A model generated the notes under the pieces. That model was not told the origin of the DNA and did not search any database. It saw only the letters and a program-made list of their open reading frames with translations. From the NCBI GenBank assembly GCA_013265495.1, contig MU057893.1, positions 1 to 53,536 of the forward strand: DNA of 53,536 nucleotides, read 5' to 3'. Made by a program: the position numbers and the translations under genes. This stretch comes from Vicugna vicugna (Eukaryota). Positions within the stretch are counted from its first letter, which is position 1. Every line of letters starts with the position of its first letter. Shown here piece by piece: positions 51,513 to 53,536 of the stretch.

Positions 51513-53536
51513 TTGAAGCTGAACCCACCAATGGAACAACTGGCACAGCACTGACTGCGGCATCCGGAGGGGGAGTGTCCCACTCATCCACTGCAAAGGA
51601 GAGCAGCACCTGACCCAGTGTTGGAGGGGCATGATCTTCTTGCCGACAGACACTGTGAGCAGCACAGACGATGGGGCCAACAGAGCAACCTGAGTTAGTG
51701 AAACAGGGCAAAGACTCAAAGACTTCTCAATAAAACCATTAAGAGCTCACATTCTCTAGGAGAACACATCTTTGTTTTTCAAATCTTTTTATATCTGTTT
51801 TATTTTCTATTACCCTTTTAGTCTTTACATTTTAAACAGTTCTATATGTTAACAGTTCTCGTTTCATTTTTAATTCTCTTGGTTTTGATCTGTTATTGAT
51901 TTTTCACAGGTTTCCAATATTGTGTTTTGATTTTTTCTTCTTTTTATTAAGGTGTTTAAAAGACATCTAAACTCGATTTCTATTCTGCTTCAACTTGCTC
52001 TTCTATTATTGATTATACACTGTTTTCAAACATTCTTTTCCTCCATTCTTTTAAAATTATCTCTCTCTTTTTTAAGTTTTATTCCCACATAGGCTTTAGA
52101 GAGATAAATAAATAAACTCCTTTAAGGACCACAATAGATAACTGATACTCCTTAAGCCACAGTGCTAGAGAGATATGAACAGTATTAAGAAAGAGAGGAA
52201 GTAACCCCAGTTAAAAGAGCAAGAGAAATCCCCTGAAAGAACGATCAATTAAATAGAGATTGATTGCCTACCAGATAAAGATTTCAAAAAAGAAGTGATC
52301 AAATTACTGAAGGAACTAAAAGAGATAGTGTTTAGAAACATAAAATATGTCAAAAAAAATAGAAGCTATAAAGAAGAGCCAAGTAGAATTGGTAAATTCA
52401 TTGGCTGAAATGAGATCTGACCTAAAGGCTATACAAAGCAGCCTAGATAATACAGAGAAATGAATAAGTGACCTAGAAGACAGGACAACAGAAAGCACCC
52501 AATCAGAACAGCTGAGAGAAAAACAAATAAAAAAAAAAAAAGAAAAGAATATAAGGAACCTATGGGATAATATAAAGCATGCTTTTCTATGCATAATAGG
52601 GGTTCCAGGAGGGGAAGAAAGAAAAAAGGGATAGAAAAAATATTTAAAGAAATCATGACTGAAAACTTCCCAAAGCTAAAGAAGGAATCAGACATCCAAG
52701 GACAGGAGGCTCAGAGGTTCTGAAACAGGAAGAGCCCAAAGAGACCCACACCAAGACATATCATAATCAAAATGGCCGACTGAATGATAAAGAAATGATC
52801 CTAAAGGCAGCATGAGAAAAACAAAGAGTGAGTTACAAGAGAAGGCTCTCAGTTGATTTCTCTACAGAAACACTACAGGCCAGAAGGGAGTGGCAAGATA
52901 TATTCAAAGTCCTGAATGAAAAAAAGATGCAGCCTAGGGTACTTCCTCCAGCAAGGCTATCCTTTAGAATAGAATGAGAGATAAAGAATTTCACAGAGAA
53001 ACAAAACTAAAAGACTTTAGCAACACTAAACCCATGCTAAAAGAAATATCGAAAGTGCTACTCTAAATTGAAAAGGAGCAGGATGCTACAGAAATGAGAT
53101 CTCATGTCTGGAAAGGTGATAACTACCACAAATTACAAATAGAATAAACATGAAATTGTAAAAGAAGACATCTAAATCATTGAGTGGGAGAGGGAAGCAA
53201 GAAAATACAGAGTATTTTTTCTTTCTTCTTTTTTTTAAAATTTTTGTTCTTGGTAGGATGGGTTTGAGATTACATTACTATCTGTTTAGTACACACAGTT
53301 ACAGTAATTGGTTAACAGACTTACAAAAAAGTGTAATCACAAGCCAAAAACTTACAAGTGAGTCACAAAAACTAAATACAATCCAAGATAATACAAAGGA
53401 AAATTACCATAGCACAAAAGGAAGAAGAAAGGAACAAAGAAGAAATAAAAAATCAACTGCAAAAATTAAGTTCAAAATAGAAATAAACACTCATCTATCA
53501 TTAATTACTACAAATGTTAATGGACTAAATGCTCCA
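51513..53536 (+). mobile_element. Younger L1: partial 5' UTR, disrupted ORF1 (~52175-53066), start of ORF2 (53477 to window end)
   Basis: ORF1 remnant MNSIKKERK*PQLKEQEKSPER...PDKDFKKEVIKLLKELKE with stops. The last 60 nt translate IEINTHLSLITTNVNGLNAP, the L1 endonuclease N-terminal NVNGLN motif, with ATG mutated to ATA. Confidence 0.92.

Overview
Mammalian genomic DNA, most likely a camelid (two Vic-1-type tRNA-Ala SINEs and artiodactyl-type L1 3' ends). No intact protein-coding gene was found. Three zones: (1) 1-11636 is a large imperfect palindrome. A ~249-bp satellite runs forward for ~28 monomers, switches strand without a spacer at ~7132, and runs in reverse for ~17 monomers. The same ~330-bp unique flank sits inverted at both ends, and one 636-bp tract is identical between the arms. 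(2) 15790-37817 (minus strand) is an unprocessed, intron-containing ANO6/TMEM16F pseudogene. Seven exons (human exons 11-17) are recognisable, with stops, frameshifts and three dead splice sites, and no downstream exon was found before the satellite. (3) Interspersed repeats are scattered throughout (ERV1 solo LTRs, MaLR, MER5A, MIR, L2), ending in a ~7-kb block of two adjacent L1s. N gaps inside microsatellites point to a gapped assembly, so the palindrome needs long-read confirmation. All alignments were made by eye, human ANO6 was recalled from memory, and repeat family names and boundaries are approximate.
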